Of a stretch of 64,000 nucleotides of DNA, positions 47,714 to 57,484 are shown one piece after another. The translations under genes were made by a program, and so were the position numbers. This DNA comes from an uncultured Armatimonadetes bacterium (GTDB lineage Bacteria; Armatimonadota; Hebobacteria; Hebobacterales; Hebobacteraceae). Position 1 is the first letter of the stretch. Each line of letters starts with the position of its first letter. The notes under the pieces were generated by a model, which saw nothing but the letters and a program-made list of their open reading frames with translations, had not been told where the DNA came from and did no database searches. The stretch spans positions 256,001-320,000 of the forward strand of contig OY970296.1 in assembly GCA_963716175.1 (NCBI GenBank). The letters are read 5' to 3'.

Positions 47714-49069
47714 ATGGACTGGATGGCACTGCTTTCACGACACTGCATCGCTCCCTTGGCGGCGCGCAAGGACGGGAGCGCGCATCTCCGGGCGGCGAGG
47801 GAGTACGAGGAGACGCAGCGCTGGCCTCCAGAGCGGTTGTACAGCTATCGCTGGAGGCGGCTTCAGGAGATGCTGGCTTTCGCCTACGCCAATTCCACCT
47901 TTTACCAGCGCCGGTTCAGGCTAGCCGGCTTGCGGCCCGAGGAGGTGCGCCGCCCGGAAGACCTGGCCGCTCTGCCCCGGCTCACCAAACGTGATCTCCA
48001 GGAATACCGCGATCAGATCATGGTGCCGGCCGCGGCTGGGCGCGCACATGTGGAGAAGCGAACCTCGGGATCTACCGGGACGCCGCTGCGAGTGCTGGTG
48101 GACAAGGCCGGGATGGAGCGCAAGCTGGCCAGCACCATCCGACACAACCGCTGGGCCGGCTATGACATCGGCGATGCCGTGGGCCTGATCTGGGGGGATA
48201 TCGAGTCGCCGCGGAGGTTGCGCAGCCGTCTCCGGCGTCTTCTGCTTGACCGCTACCAGGTATTGGATTCCCAGCGAATCAGCGTCCAGGCGATGGAAAG
48301 GTTCGCCGAGGCCCTGCGGCGGAGGCGCATCCGCTGCCTTGTGGGCCAGGCCCAGCCTCTCTACCTCTTCGCCGAGTTCGTCCGGGAAAGGGGGATGCGA
48401 GACCTGCCCGTCCGCAGCGTCATCCCTACCGGAATGATGCTCTACGAGAAACAGCGCAGGTTGATCGAGGAGGCCTTGTGCTGCGAGGTGTTCAACCGTT
48501 ATGGGGCGGAAGAGACCAGCATCATCAGCAGCGAGTGTGAGGCCCACCGTGGGCTGCACATCAATGCCGAAGGCCTGTGGCTGGAGATCGTAAGGGGCGA
48601 GACGGAGGCCGCGCCTGGTGAGGAAGGCGAACTGCTGGTCACGGATCTCGTGAACCGTGCGATGCCGCTGCTGCGCTACGAGATCGGGGACGTGGTAGTG
48701 CCGAGTGCGGAGGCCTGCCCCTGCGGGCGGACGCTGCCCCTGCTCGAACGGGTCTCGGGGAGAGTGGCCGATTGCATCACGTCGCCGGACGGCTTTGTGG
48801 TCTCCGGCATCGCCATCACCGATCACGTAACCGCCATACCAGGTGTCGGGCAGATGCAGGTCGTGCAGGACCTCCCTGACCACCTCTGGTTCAGGATCGT
48901 CATGACCGCGGAGTGGGGGCCGGGGAGTGCTCGCCTCTTGGGCCAGTTGGTGGGCCGCATCTTCGGGCCGCGCATGCGCTTTGATTGCGAATTCGTCCCA
49001 GAAGTAGCGCCTGACCTCGCCGGCAAGTGGCGCTTCTCAATCTCGCGGGTCAAGGCGAGGCTGGGGTAG
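47714..49069 (+). CDS. Phenylacetate-CoA ligase-like (CapK-type) adenylate-forming enzyme
   Basis: RTSGSTGTP, YGAEE, TDLVNRAMPLLRYEIGD, CPCGR and GRVAD. Confidence 0.9.
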   Translation: MDWMALLSRHCIAPLAARKDGSAHLRAAREYEETQRWPPERLYSYRWRRLQEMLAFAYANSTFYQRRFRLAGLRPEEVRRPEDLAALPRLTKRDLQEYRDQIMVPAAAGRAHVEKRTSGSTGTPLRVLVDKAGMERKLASTIRHNRWAGYDIGDAVGLIWGDIESPRRLRSRLRRLLLDRYQVLDSQRISVQAMERFAEALRRRRIRCLVGQAQPLYLFAEFVRERGMRDLPVRSVIPTGMMLYEKQRRLIEEALCCEVFNRYGAEETSIISSECEAHRGLHINAEGLWLEIVRGETEAAPGEEGELLVTDLVNRAMPLLRYEIGDVVVPSAEACPCGRTLPLLERVSGRVADCITSPDGFVVSGIAITDHVTAIPGVGQMQVVQDLPDHLWFRIVMTAEWGPGSARLLGQLVGRIFGPRMRFDCEFVPEVAPDLAGKWRFSISRVKARLG

Positions 49070-49122
49070 CCAACGGCTCCACGATAGGCGGCAGCTCAGG
49101 GCCCGGGCACGGAGACACGGAG

Positions 49123-49165
49123 AGACCTGGGTCCCCGTCATGCGTGATGACTGGGACCCAGGTCT
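49123..49165. terminator. Strong hairpin between convergent genes (putative bidirectional terminator)
   Basis: AGACCTGGGTCCC-c-GTCAT-gcgtg-ATGAC-t-GGGACCCAGGTCT; no U-tract. Confidence 0.6.
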
Positions 49166-49210
49166 TGCGCTCCGCCGAACGCCCGCCCTCCCCCCGGACG
49201 GCGCGTCAGG

Positions 49211-51190
49211 CTACTTCACCCTGACCTGGAAGACAATAGTGCCACCAGCGCCGGGCGCCAGGCTGCCGACCGGAACGCTGATCTGACCGTTGGCATACGG
49301 GTCCGGGGTAACTACCGCGCCATTCAGGGAGGTAGTCCCCGGGACATAGCTGCAGGCGGGCGGAATCGGGTCCACGATGGTCACCGAGTTGATCGTCGTC
49401 GCGCCGTTGTTGACGTAGTCTATGGTGTAAGTGACTATGCTTCCGGGAACTGCTTCGCTGGTGTCTACCGACAGATGCAGCGCGAGCGGCGACCCTCCTC
49501 CCCCTCCCGGAACGAGCGTGACTGCCAGGCTCTTGCTGGCGTCCATGGTCACCTGCTGGGCGTAGGTCTGATAGCCGTCCTTTGAGACCATGATGGTATG
49601 GGGAGTGTAGTCATCATAGGTCGAGCTAGGCGGATAGGTCATACCATGCCTGAAGTACTCACTAAGCTCCAGCCTGGCCTTCCCTTGTGCGTCCGTGACC
49701 CCTACCATGTTCTCGACGCCGCCTAAGCCCGCGGCGGCCACCGCTGCACCTGCCACAGGGTTGCCCAGGCCATCGGCCACGGTGAGGTCGAGGTACCACT
49801 TCATGTAGAGGCTGTAAGCGGCCCCGGGGCTGCTCCCGCTGAGGAGCACGTCATAGGCATTGGCGCCGTTCTCGGTCTTGGTGTCGAGGAAGATCGTTCC
49901 CCGGGTTCCGTAGGTCCAGAAGCCGATGGTGATGGCATGATAGCTGATCGGGCTGGCGCCCTTGACCAGATCGTTGGAGACGAAGCGAATGCCGTCCTGG
50001 CCCACACCGTCGGAGGTGCTGATCCTGATGTTGGTGTTGTTGCTGGTGACCTTGTTGCCGAAGACCGTCGTGCCGGTGTTCGAGGAGTAGACTCCTGCCA
50101 CCTTGATGCCGGTGGCGGGCTTGTCGGCAGCAGTGGTCACAGCGGTGATGGTGTTGTTGTAGTACTGGTTGTTGACGTTAGGATGGCTGTCGTAGATCCC
50201 GATGCCGGTGGCCTCCACCAGCCCGCTCCCGGCGGTCGAGGTGATAGTATTGTCGTGCACCTTCAGATTGCCGGGGGTAGCTGCCTCAGGATAGGTTCTG
50301 AACTTCATCCCCCAGGCGGTGTAGCCGTATCCGTACTCCGGCTTCGGGCCCATTCGCACATCAACGGTGTTGGAGTAGACCTCGACGTTCTGATAGTTGT
50401 AATCCACCATTATCCCGAGGCCATCGGTGGTATGCACGTAGTTCTCGTGGATCCGGGCGCCGTTCGGGCTGTAGCAGATGATCCCAAACCCGTTCGTGTC
50501 TACTGCCCTGTGGCTGACGTCATTCCTGTAGACATCCACGTTGGTGCTGCTATTGCCTATCGCGATTCCACCCTGCCCGCCCACGATGGTGTTATCATTC
50601 ACTGCCAGGTTGCTGCCGGCCAGGCGGATCGCATAGCCGTCATAGCTGGTCCGGCTCGTGATCGCCTGCACGCTGCTATTGATCGTGTTGTGATGGGCGC
50701 TGAAACCATAGAGCCCGCGCGCCTCTATGCCAATGCAGTCCCTCCCACTGACCGTGATGTTGAGGTAGCTAACCTCAACATTGCGGGGGTTGGTGTAGTA
50801 GACATAGACCCCGTGGCTGGAACGCGTAGCACCGGCCCCTTGCACGATCTTGCCATTCGTGATCTTGGCACCCCGATCATCCAGGTTCACCCACTGGCTG
50901 CCGGACCCAATGGTGACGCCGTAAACGCCTGACCCCGATGGCTGGGCATTGTAGGTGACGGTGTGACCGCCCAGGTCCAGTGTGATCCCGCTGGCTGCAA
51001 TCACGAAGGCCGTCCCCGGAGCGGAGACGTCCTGGCTCAAGACATAGGTGGCACCGGCCTGAGTGAGCGTGCCGGGCGCGCTGATCGGGATTGTGGCGGC
51101 ATGAGCAAGGGTTGGGATCAAGGCCCCCAGCACCACCGCCATGGCCAGCACTAGCCATGTCCCCTCCCCCCATAGGCGCGAACGCACCAT
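49211..51190 (-). CDS. Secreted parallel beta-helix protein with C-terminal carboxypeptidase-regulatory-like and DUF11 domains
   Basis: RBS GAGGAGG; signal peptide ending AHA-A; TYVLSQDV..ITLDLGGHTV and Asn-ladder repeats; PVAGAAV..TDAQG; PGSIVTYTI..DPIP..YVPGT. Confidence 0.8.
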   Translation of the reverse strand: MVRSRLWGEGTWLVLAMAVVLGALIPTLAHAATIPISAPGTLTQAGATYVLSQDVSAPGTAFVIAASGITLDLGGHTVTYNAQPSGSGVYGVTIGSGSQWVNLDDRGAKITNGKIVQGAGATRSSHGVYVYYTNPRNVEVSYLNITVSGRDCIGIEARGLYGFSAHHNTINSSVQAITSRTSYDGYAIRLAGSNLAVNDNTIVGGQGGIAIGNSSTNVDVYRNDVSHRAVDTNGFGIICYSPNGARIHENYVHTTDGLGIMVDYNYQNVEVYSNTVDVRMGPKPEYGYGYTAWGMKFRTYPEAATPGNLKVHDNTITSTAGSGLVEATGIGIYDSHPNVNNQYYNNTITAVTTAADKPATGIKVAGVYSSNTGTTVFGNKVTSNNTNIRISTSDGVGQDGIRFVSNDLVKGASPISYHAITIGFWTYGTRGTIFLDTKTENGANAYDVLLSGSSPGAAYSLYMKWYLDLTVADGLGNPVAGAAVAAAGLGGVENMVGVTDAQGKARLELSEYFRHGMTYPPSSTYDDYTPHTIMVSKDGYQTYAQQVTMDASKSLAVTLVPGGGGGSPLALHLSVDTSEAVPGSIVTYTIDYVNNGATTINSVTIVDPIPPACSYVPGTTSLNGAVVTPDPYANGQISVPVGSLAPGAGGTIVFQVRVK

Positions 51191-51259
51191 CCCTGTCCTC
51201 CTCTCCCGCACTACTTCCCTACTCTATACCCAATATTCCACATCTTCATCTGTCGTGGC

Positions 51260-51275
51260 TGGCACGGTTATTGCT
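51260..51275 (+). promoter_or_regulatory. Sigma-54 -24/-12 promoter of second glycosyltransferase operon
   Basis: TGGCACGGTTATTGCT, perfect consensus. Confidence 0.85.
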
Positions 51276-51459
51276 TGCCGCGCGCGAGGATGAAGCTCGC
51301 GCTCTGGGCCGCAGCATGCCATCTGAGGGCCCATTCTACAGCTCAGGTTGACCCATTGCCCAGACAGGGAGACCTTCACCATGCTTGTCCGTTTCCCTCT
51401 GTTCGAGCTGCCTGCCCTTAGCATCCAACAGAAGCCTGTGTGGCCTGGATAGACCAAAG

Positions 51460-53556
51460 ATGGCGTCTGGTACGACAAGAGCCTCAGGCGGGCCGCCGGC
51501 TAGCCGGCGAGTGCTGCACGTCATCCAGAGCTCTGGGCTGGGCGGAAGCGAATCCCTGTTTGCCCTGCTGACCCGCCGGCTTCGCGCCCGGGGGTGGCCG
51601 GTGGTGTGTGCTCTCGCCGAACCTGGATGGCTCGCTGACAACCTTCGGGAGGCTGGCGTGCCGGTCGAGATTCTGCCAGGGCTGGGACGCGGTAGAGGCC
51701 TGGAGATCGCCAGCGTCCTGTCCCTGCGCCAAGTGATACTGAGGTGGGATGTAGGAGTAGTGCACTCCTTCTCTTTTCCAGCGCATTTCTACGCGGCTCT
51801 CGCGGCCCGACTCACAGGCCGGCCCTCCATCGTGAACGTGCGCAACAGCCATCACGATCTGGTGGGGAAGCTGCGCCGGTTCCTGTGGCGCTGGCTGATC
51901 TCTCGTCTCGCCACCAGCATGGTGGCGGTCAGCGAAAGCGTCGCAGCGGAGATGACGGAGATCACCGGCCGCCGGGATATCGTCTGCATACCAAACGGTG
52001 TGGATCTGACTGCGCCCAACGGAAGCCATACCCGATGGTCGGTCAGAGCCGAGCTGGGCGTCCCGCGCGACGCCCTGGTGGTCGGCACTGTCGGCAACCT
52101 GCGGCCCATCAAAGGCCACCGGTACTTGCTGCAGGCAGCGCTCGCGGTCACCCGTGAGCTGCCCTCAGCGCGCTTCCTCCTGATAGGGGCGGAGGAGCCG
52201 GATACGGGCCACACGCTTCGCGAGTACTGCCACGACGCAGGCCTGGAGCAGCACGTGATCTTCCTGGGCAGACGCCGCGACGTGCCGAGACTGCTGCCAG
52301 CCATGGACATCTTCTGCCTGCCGTCGCTGTCGGAGGGGATGTCGCGTTCGCTGCTGGAGGCGATGGCCGCCGGCCTGCCGGTGGCAGCGACCGCGGTGGG
52401 AGGCAACAGAGAGGTGGTCTTGGACGGTGAGACCGGGTACCTCGTCCCGCCCGAAGATCCTCAGGCACTGGCTCGCGCGCTGCTATCCCTGGCCCGCGAC
52501 TCAGAGCGCCGCAGGGAGATGGGAGAGGCCGCGCGCCTACGAGTCCGCCGCCACTTCGATGTCACCGCGATGCTGGAGCGCTATGCCAACCTCTATCACA
52601 GTCTGCTCGGCAGCAGGCCGGCGCAGGAGGCAGTAGGGCCGGGCGGGGAGCCGGGCCACAGCCCCGCGGCCGTGCTCGCCGTGATCGTGAGCTACAACTC
52701 CATCCGATGTCTGCCGGCCTGTCTGGGTTCACTCCAGCAGCAGAACCCGCTGCCTGCCCGCGTGATGGTGGTGGACAACGCCTCCTCAGACGGAAGCGCG
52801 ACCGCTGCCGAGGCAGCTTTCCCGCAAGCCGAGGTGGTCCGCAAGAGCAGAAACATAGGCTATGGGGCGGCCGCCAACCAGGGGATCGGGGCCGCCATGG
52901 AGTCCGGGCTGCCCTACGTCCTGGTCCTGAACCCGGACGTGGTCCTGGAACCCGGGGCGGTGGTGGAGCTGGTGGCCGCGCTGGAGGCGTGCCCCTCGGC
53001 CGCGGCCGCCGGCCCGAAGCTACTGGAAAGCAAGCACGCTTCCTCGACACTCCCGGTCAGCGAGGACGAGGCGAGCAGGCCCGCCGTGCGGCCCGTAACC
53101 TGGCTGCATGGCTGCGTCCTGCTGCTGCGAGTGGAGGCGCTGCGGCAGGTGGGAGTCTTCTGCCCGAGCTTCTTCCTGTACGGCGAGGAGACCGATCTGC
53201 ATGATCGGCTCCAGCGAGCCGGTTGGAGCCTGCTGGAGGTACCCTCGGCCAGAGCACACCACGTGGGAGGGGCCAGCAGCAAGTGTTGGCTCGGTGGGGC
53301 GAGGGTGGCCTACTACCAGGTGCGGAACGCGTTTCTGTTCACAAAGCGGAACCGCTGGCACGAAGGGAGCTTGCGGCGCCTGCAGTCGATCTGCGGCATC
53401 CTTCGCTGGCACGTTACGCCTCGCCGCCTCCTTCATCCGACTCGGTTTGTGGCCCTCGCGCTGGGCTTCATCGCCGGGCTCTACCTGCTGGCGCGCGCCG
53501 AGTCCCTGGCCCCGCCCGGAGGAAAGTGCGGGGCCGCGCGCGTCCCGACTGGCTGA
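51460..53556 (+). CDS. GT4-GT2 bifunctional glycosyltransferase
   Basis: GT4: GGSE, IPNGVD, KGH, SEGMSRSLLEAMAAG. GT2: VIVSYN, VVDNASSDGS, LNPD, YGEETD. Confidence 0.85.
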   Translation: MASGTTRASGGPPASRRVLHVIQSSGLGGSESLFALLTRRLRARGWPVVCALAEPGWLADNLREAGVPVEILPGLGRGRGLEIASVLSLRQVILRWDVGVVHSFSFPAHFYAALAARLTGRPSIVNVRNSHHDLVGKLRRFLWRWLISRLATSMVAVSESVAAEMTEITGRRDIVCIPNGVDLTAPNGSHTRWSVRAELGVPRDALVVGTVGNLRPIKGHRYLLQAALAVTRELPSARFLLIGAEEPDTGHTLREYCHDAGLEQHVIFLGRRRDVPRLLPAMDIFCLPSLSEGMSRSLLEAMAAGLPVAATAVGGNREVVLDGETGYLVPPEDPQALARALLSLARDSERRREMGEAARLRVRRHFDVTAMLERYANLYHSLLGSRPAQEAVGPGGEPGHSPAAVLAVIVSYNSIRCLPACLGSLQQQNPLPARVMVVDNASSDGSATAAEAAFPQAEVVRKSRNIGYGAAANQGIGAAMESGLPYVLVLNPDVVLEPGAVVELVAALEACPSAAAAGPKLLESKHASSTLPVSEDEASRPAVRPVTWLHGCVLLLRVEALRQVGVFCPSFFLYGEETDLHDRLQRAGWSLLEVPSARAHHVGGASSKCWLGGARVAYYQVRNAFLFTKRNRWHEGSLRRLQSICGILRWHVTPRRLLHPTRFVALALGFIAGLYLLARAESLAPPGGKCGAARVPTG

Positions 53557-53571
53557 GACTGAGGTTCGACC

Positions 53572-55015
53572 ATGGAATCACTGCCAAGCCAAACTGACAG
53601 CCCGGTGGCGATCGGCGCACTTTCGCCGGAGAGGAGCCGCGCTCTGCTCCGGGTCGCCGCGCCTATCGGGCTCGGGATAACCTTCGGCGTCATTCTCCTG
53701 CTGGCGGACTGGCGCGCGGTAACGGTGGTCCTCCTGGCCCTGGCCCTTTGTGGGATGGCTTTTCGCTATCCCTTTGCTGGCGTGCTAGTCTACCTCACTG
53801 TTGCCATCACCAGCCCAGAGGAAATGGGGCTCAGCCCGGTCGTCTTCCGGCTCCAGCTAGTGTTTGCCCTGGTCTGTCTGGCGGCCGTCACACTACCCGG
53901 GCTGCTGGCGGGCCAGCGCCAGAAATGGCACTGGTCCGGAACGGATAGGGCCCTCGCTGCTCTGTTCACGGCGGCCTGCCTTTCTGTTCCATTGGCTGCC
54001 TCCAGGCTATTTGCGCTCACCGCCTGCTGGGAGATAGCGAAGGTTCTCTTCGCCTATTGGCTGGTGCGGCAGACAGCCACCTCGTACCGGCGGGTGCGCG
54101 CCATCGTGTGGACCATACTGGGCGGTACTTCGTTCATTGGGCTGCTCTCCCTCTGGGGGTGGTCCATGGGCAAGGTGTTCGTGGGGGAGGCTGGGGTCGT
54201 CAGGCTGCAGGGGCTGACCCCCTCGGCTGGCAACCCCAATACCCTCGCCAATACGCTGATAGCCAGCTTCCCGCTGATGGTGCTGCTTGCGGCGGCCGAG
54301 CCCAGACGGCGCGTGAAGCTCATCCTGCTGGCAACGGCCGGGGCTACTCTGCTGGCCGCTGTGCTCACCGGCGCGCGCGCGGCGATGGTGAGTCTAGTGC
54401 TGGTCGTGTTCCTGCTGGTGCTGGCATCCAGGAGGAAGGCCGTCGCCGTGGTCGTGCTGACCGGCCTGCTTGGCGTGTTGTGGTTCAAGCTTCCGCCCGA
54501 TCTGAGGGAGCGCTACCTGACCCTGAGGACCTACCGGAACGAAGTCACCTACCAGATGCGGGCAGAGAACGTTGCCTCCGGTTTCCGGATGCTGCTCGAC
54601 CATCCGCTCACCGGCGTAGGCCTCTCCTGCTTCGCCACGGCGCGGGTCGAGCAGTACAACAAGAGCTGGGTCAGCCCCCACGATGTGTACGCCCAGGTGG
54701 CCTCGGGAGATGGGCCTGTTCGGCGTCATTGCCTTCGCGTTCTTCCTGTGGTCGGTTGTGAGGACCTGCCGGGCTGCTCGCAAGCTGTTGCCCCGCGCTG
54801 AACTCGATGCCGCGGACCGGCGCTGGCTTGACCGGCTCTGCACTGCCATCATGATCATGCTGGCGGCCCTCATGGTCCAGGGCCTGGCCGGACAGAATCT
54901 TGGCCGCTGGCACTGGTACCTGGGGGCGGCCCTGGCAACGAACTGCCTTCAGATCGTCTCTGGCCTCGTCAGGACCCCGTCTGCCGAGATGGCCAGAGCC
55001 AGCGGGCAGGACTGA
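53572..55015 (+). CDS. O-antigen ligase/Wzy-like polymerase (frameshift at ~54706)
   Basis: NPNTLA, TGARAA, HPLTGVG and PHDVYAQVA(S)EMGLFG; the C-terminus continues in ORF 54683-55015 after removing one G. Confidence 0.82.
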
Positions 55016-55028
55016 GGGAGGCCGGTCG

Positions 55029-56216
55029 GTGGCGGCATTGGCCACAACTATCCTGTACCTGCTCGCTGCCGGCCTGCTGCTGGCGGTCCTGCATCTGTGG
55101 GCGCTGGCCCTGGTGGGACTGCTGCCGACAAAGAGAAGGACGACGCCGGGCACATGCGAGCCGAAGTTCATCATCGTGGTGCCCGCGCACAACGAGGAGA
55201 AGGATTTGCCAGGGCTGCTGGCGAGCCTGAGCCGCCTCGATTACCCGCTCGATCGCTACCAAGTCTGGGTTGTCGCGGACAACTGCACTGACAGCACCGT
55301 GCTGATCGCGCACGAGGCCGGCGCCTACTGCATCGAGCGCGCGGATCCAGCTCGCCTGGGCAAGGGCTATGCGCTCCAGGCGGCCTTCACCCACGCAATC
55401 GCCTGCGACGCGGACGCGGTGGCGGTAATCGACGCAGACACCACGGCTTCCCCCAGCCTGCTGAGGGAGTTCGCTCGCCGCATGAAGGCGGGGCCGGCAG
55501 CGCTCCAGGCCTCCTACCGGATGTCCGCAAAACCAGGCCCGTGGTCAGTCTGGCTGTCCGTCGAGAACCTGCTGGAAGAGCGCCTCTTCTACGGAGCGAG
55601 AGAGCGCCTGGGCTGCCCCACCTTGCTGCGAGGCAACGGCATGTGCTTCTCTCTGGAGGCGCTGCGGCTGGTGCCCTTCCGCTGTTTCTCGATCACAGAG
55701 GACGTCGAGTACACGGTGGAACTGCTGAGAGCCGGCGTGCAGCCCCGCTTCGTGCCGGAGGCATCTGTGCTCTCGGAGTCTCCAGCCACCTTGGGCCAGA
55801 TCGCCCAACAGCGCGGGCGCTGGAGCGCCGGGCATTTCCAGCTTGCCTTGCGCGAGGCCCCCGGACTCCTCTTCCTCGGGCTGACCCGCAGGGATTTGGG
55901 CATCTGCGAGTTCGCGGCGGCAATGCTCATCACCAGCAAGAGCGCCCTGGCCGGGCTCGCCGGCATCGGACTGGCCGGCGCCGGCCTCCTCCACTGGGGC
56001 CTTGGCCTGAGTCCAGGTCCGTTCTGGTGTTTTGCCACGGTCCTGGCGTTGATCTCGGCCTACTTCCTGACTGGGCTGGTGCTCTATCGTCCCTCAGCGC
56101 GTCAGGCGCTGGGACTGGCAGGCCTCCCCCTGCTGCTGGCATACCGGCTAGCGATACATGCGCGGGCCGCGCTCTCTTATCGCAGCGCCGGCTGGGTGAG
56201 GACTGCCCGAAGCTAG
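55029..56216 (+). CDS. GT2 glycosyltransferase with TM helices
   Basis: PAHNEE, VADNCTD, GKGYAL, DAD, SITED and QRGRW; GTG after GGGAGG. Confidence 0.9.
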   Translation: MAALATTILYLLAAGLLLAVLHLWALALVGLLPTKRRTTPGTCEPKFIIVVPAHNEEKDLPGLLASLSRLDYPLDRYQVWVVADNCTDSTVLIAHEAGAYCIERADPARLGKGYALQAAFTHAIACDADAVAVIDADTTASPSLLREFARRMKAGPAALQASYRMSAKPGPWSVWLSVENLLEERLFYGARERLGCPTLLRGNGMCFSLEALRLVPFRCFSITEDVEYTVELLRAGVQPRFVPEASVLSESPATLGQIAQQRGRWSAGHFQLALREAPGLLFLGLTRRDLGICEFAAAMLITSKSALAGLAGIGLAGAGLLHWGLGLSPGPFWCFATVLALISAYFLTGLVLYRPSARQALGLAGLPLLLAYRLAIHARAALSYRSAGWVRTARS

Positions 56217-56245
56217 TGTAGCGCGCGAGCAGAGGTCATTCATTG

Positions 56246-57484
56246 ATGCCGACCACGGTTCTGCACCTGATCGCCAGCAACTTCCTCGGCGGACCCGAGC
56301 GACAGATCCTTGGGCATGCCGACGCGGTCTCCCCCGCGCGGATACGCTGCCTCGTTGGTGGTTTCGTGGATGCGGGCCGCCCAAACGAACTGCTTGCGCA
56401 GGCGTCCGCGCGAGGTCACCGCACCTTCGCACTGGAAGCTCGCCGTCCCTGGTCCGCGGGGCAGGTAACGGACTTACAGCGGTATCTCCAGGACCAGCGG
56501 GTCCAGATCCTCTGCGCGCATGGCTACCGTGCGATTGCCGTTGGCCTGATCGCAGGCAGGCGAGCCGGCATCCCGGTATTGGCGTTCCCCAGAGGGTGGA
56601 CCGCGGAGAATCTGAAGGTCCGCCTCTTCCAGCTCATAATGGGCTATCTCCTGCGTTACGCGGATGCCGTGGTAGCGGTCTCTGAGGCGCAGGCCAGATA
56701 CATCGAGTCGAGGTTCGGCGTGCGCCCCGCCAGAGTCTTTGCAGTCCACAACGCCGTTGACGCCGAGGCTTTCCCCAACGAACGGCACGGCAGCGATGAC
56801 CTCCGTGCGGAGTTCGGGATACCGCCTGGCGCGCCGGTAGTCGTGTCCGCCGGACGATTGAGCCCGGAGAAGGGACATCGCCATCTGGTCGCTGCCGCGA
56901 GCGAAGCGCTCGCAGTCTGTCCAGACGCAAGGTTCCTGCTGGTGGGTGAAGGGCCGGAGCGCGCGAGGCTCGAGAGTGAGGTATCCCGGCTCGGCTTGGG
57001 ACGCCGCGTGCTGCTTGTGGGATTCCGGAAGGACGTCGCCCGCTTCTTGCTCGCCGCCGACCTGGTTGTGCTGCCTTCCCTGACGGAGGGGCTGCCCAAT
57101 GTTCTGCTCGAGGCGGCGGCCGCAGGTCGAGCACGCGTGGCGACGGCGGTGGGAGGGGTTCCGGAGGTGATAGAGCACGGTGTGTCAGGGCTGTTGGTGG
57201 CACCAGCCGACCCGGCCGCGCTCGCCAACGCCATCGCTGCTTGCCTCAGAGACAGCGGGCTGCGCCGGAAGCTCGGAGAAGCGGCGCGGATAGCGGCACG
57301 AGAGCGCTTCCGGTTCGATCATCAAGCGGGCTGCCTGGAGGCGATTTACGCGCAGCTCCTGCATCCGCTGTCTTGCTGGCAGTCAGTGGGGCCGTTCGAG
57401 GTGGATGGGTCCTCCTCATCTCTGTCGCTGCCCGATGTCTCAAGCTCCTCAGCCCGTGGAGGCGACGGTGCGAGCGGCCACTAA
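56246..57484 (+). CDS. GT4 glycosyltransferase
   Basis: GGPERQ, HNAVD, GRLSPEKG and EGLPNVLLEA. Confidence 0.92.
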   Translation: MPTTVLHLIASNFLGGPERQILGHADAVSPARIRCLVGGFVDAGRPNELLAQASARGHRTFALEARRPWSAGQVTDLQRYLQDQRVQILCAHGYRAIAVGLIAGRRAGIPVLAFPRGWTAENLKVRLFQLIMGYLLRYADAVVAVSEAQARYIESRFGVRPARVFAVHNAVDAEAFPNERHGSDDLRAEFGIPPGAPVVVSAGRLSPEKGHRHLVAAASEALAVCPDARFLLVGEGPERARLESEVSRLGLGRRVLLVGFRKDVARFLLAADLVVLPSLTEGLPNVLLEAAAAGRARVATAVGGVPEVIEHGVSGLLVAPADPAALANAIAACLRDSGLRRKLGEAARIAARERFRFDHQAGCLEAIYAQLLHPLSCWQSVGPFEVDGSSSSLSLPDVSSSSARGGDGASGH

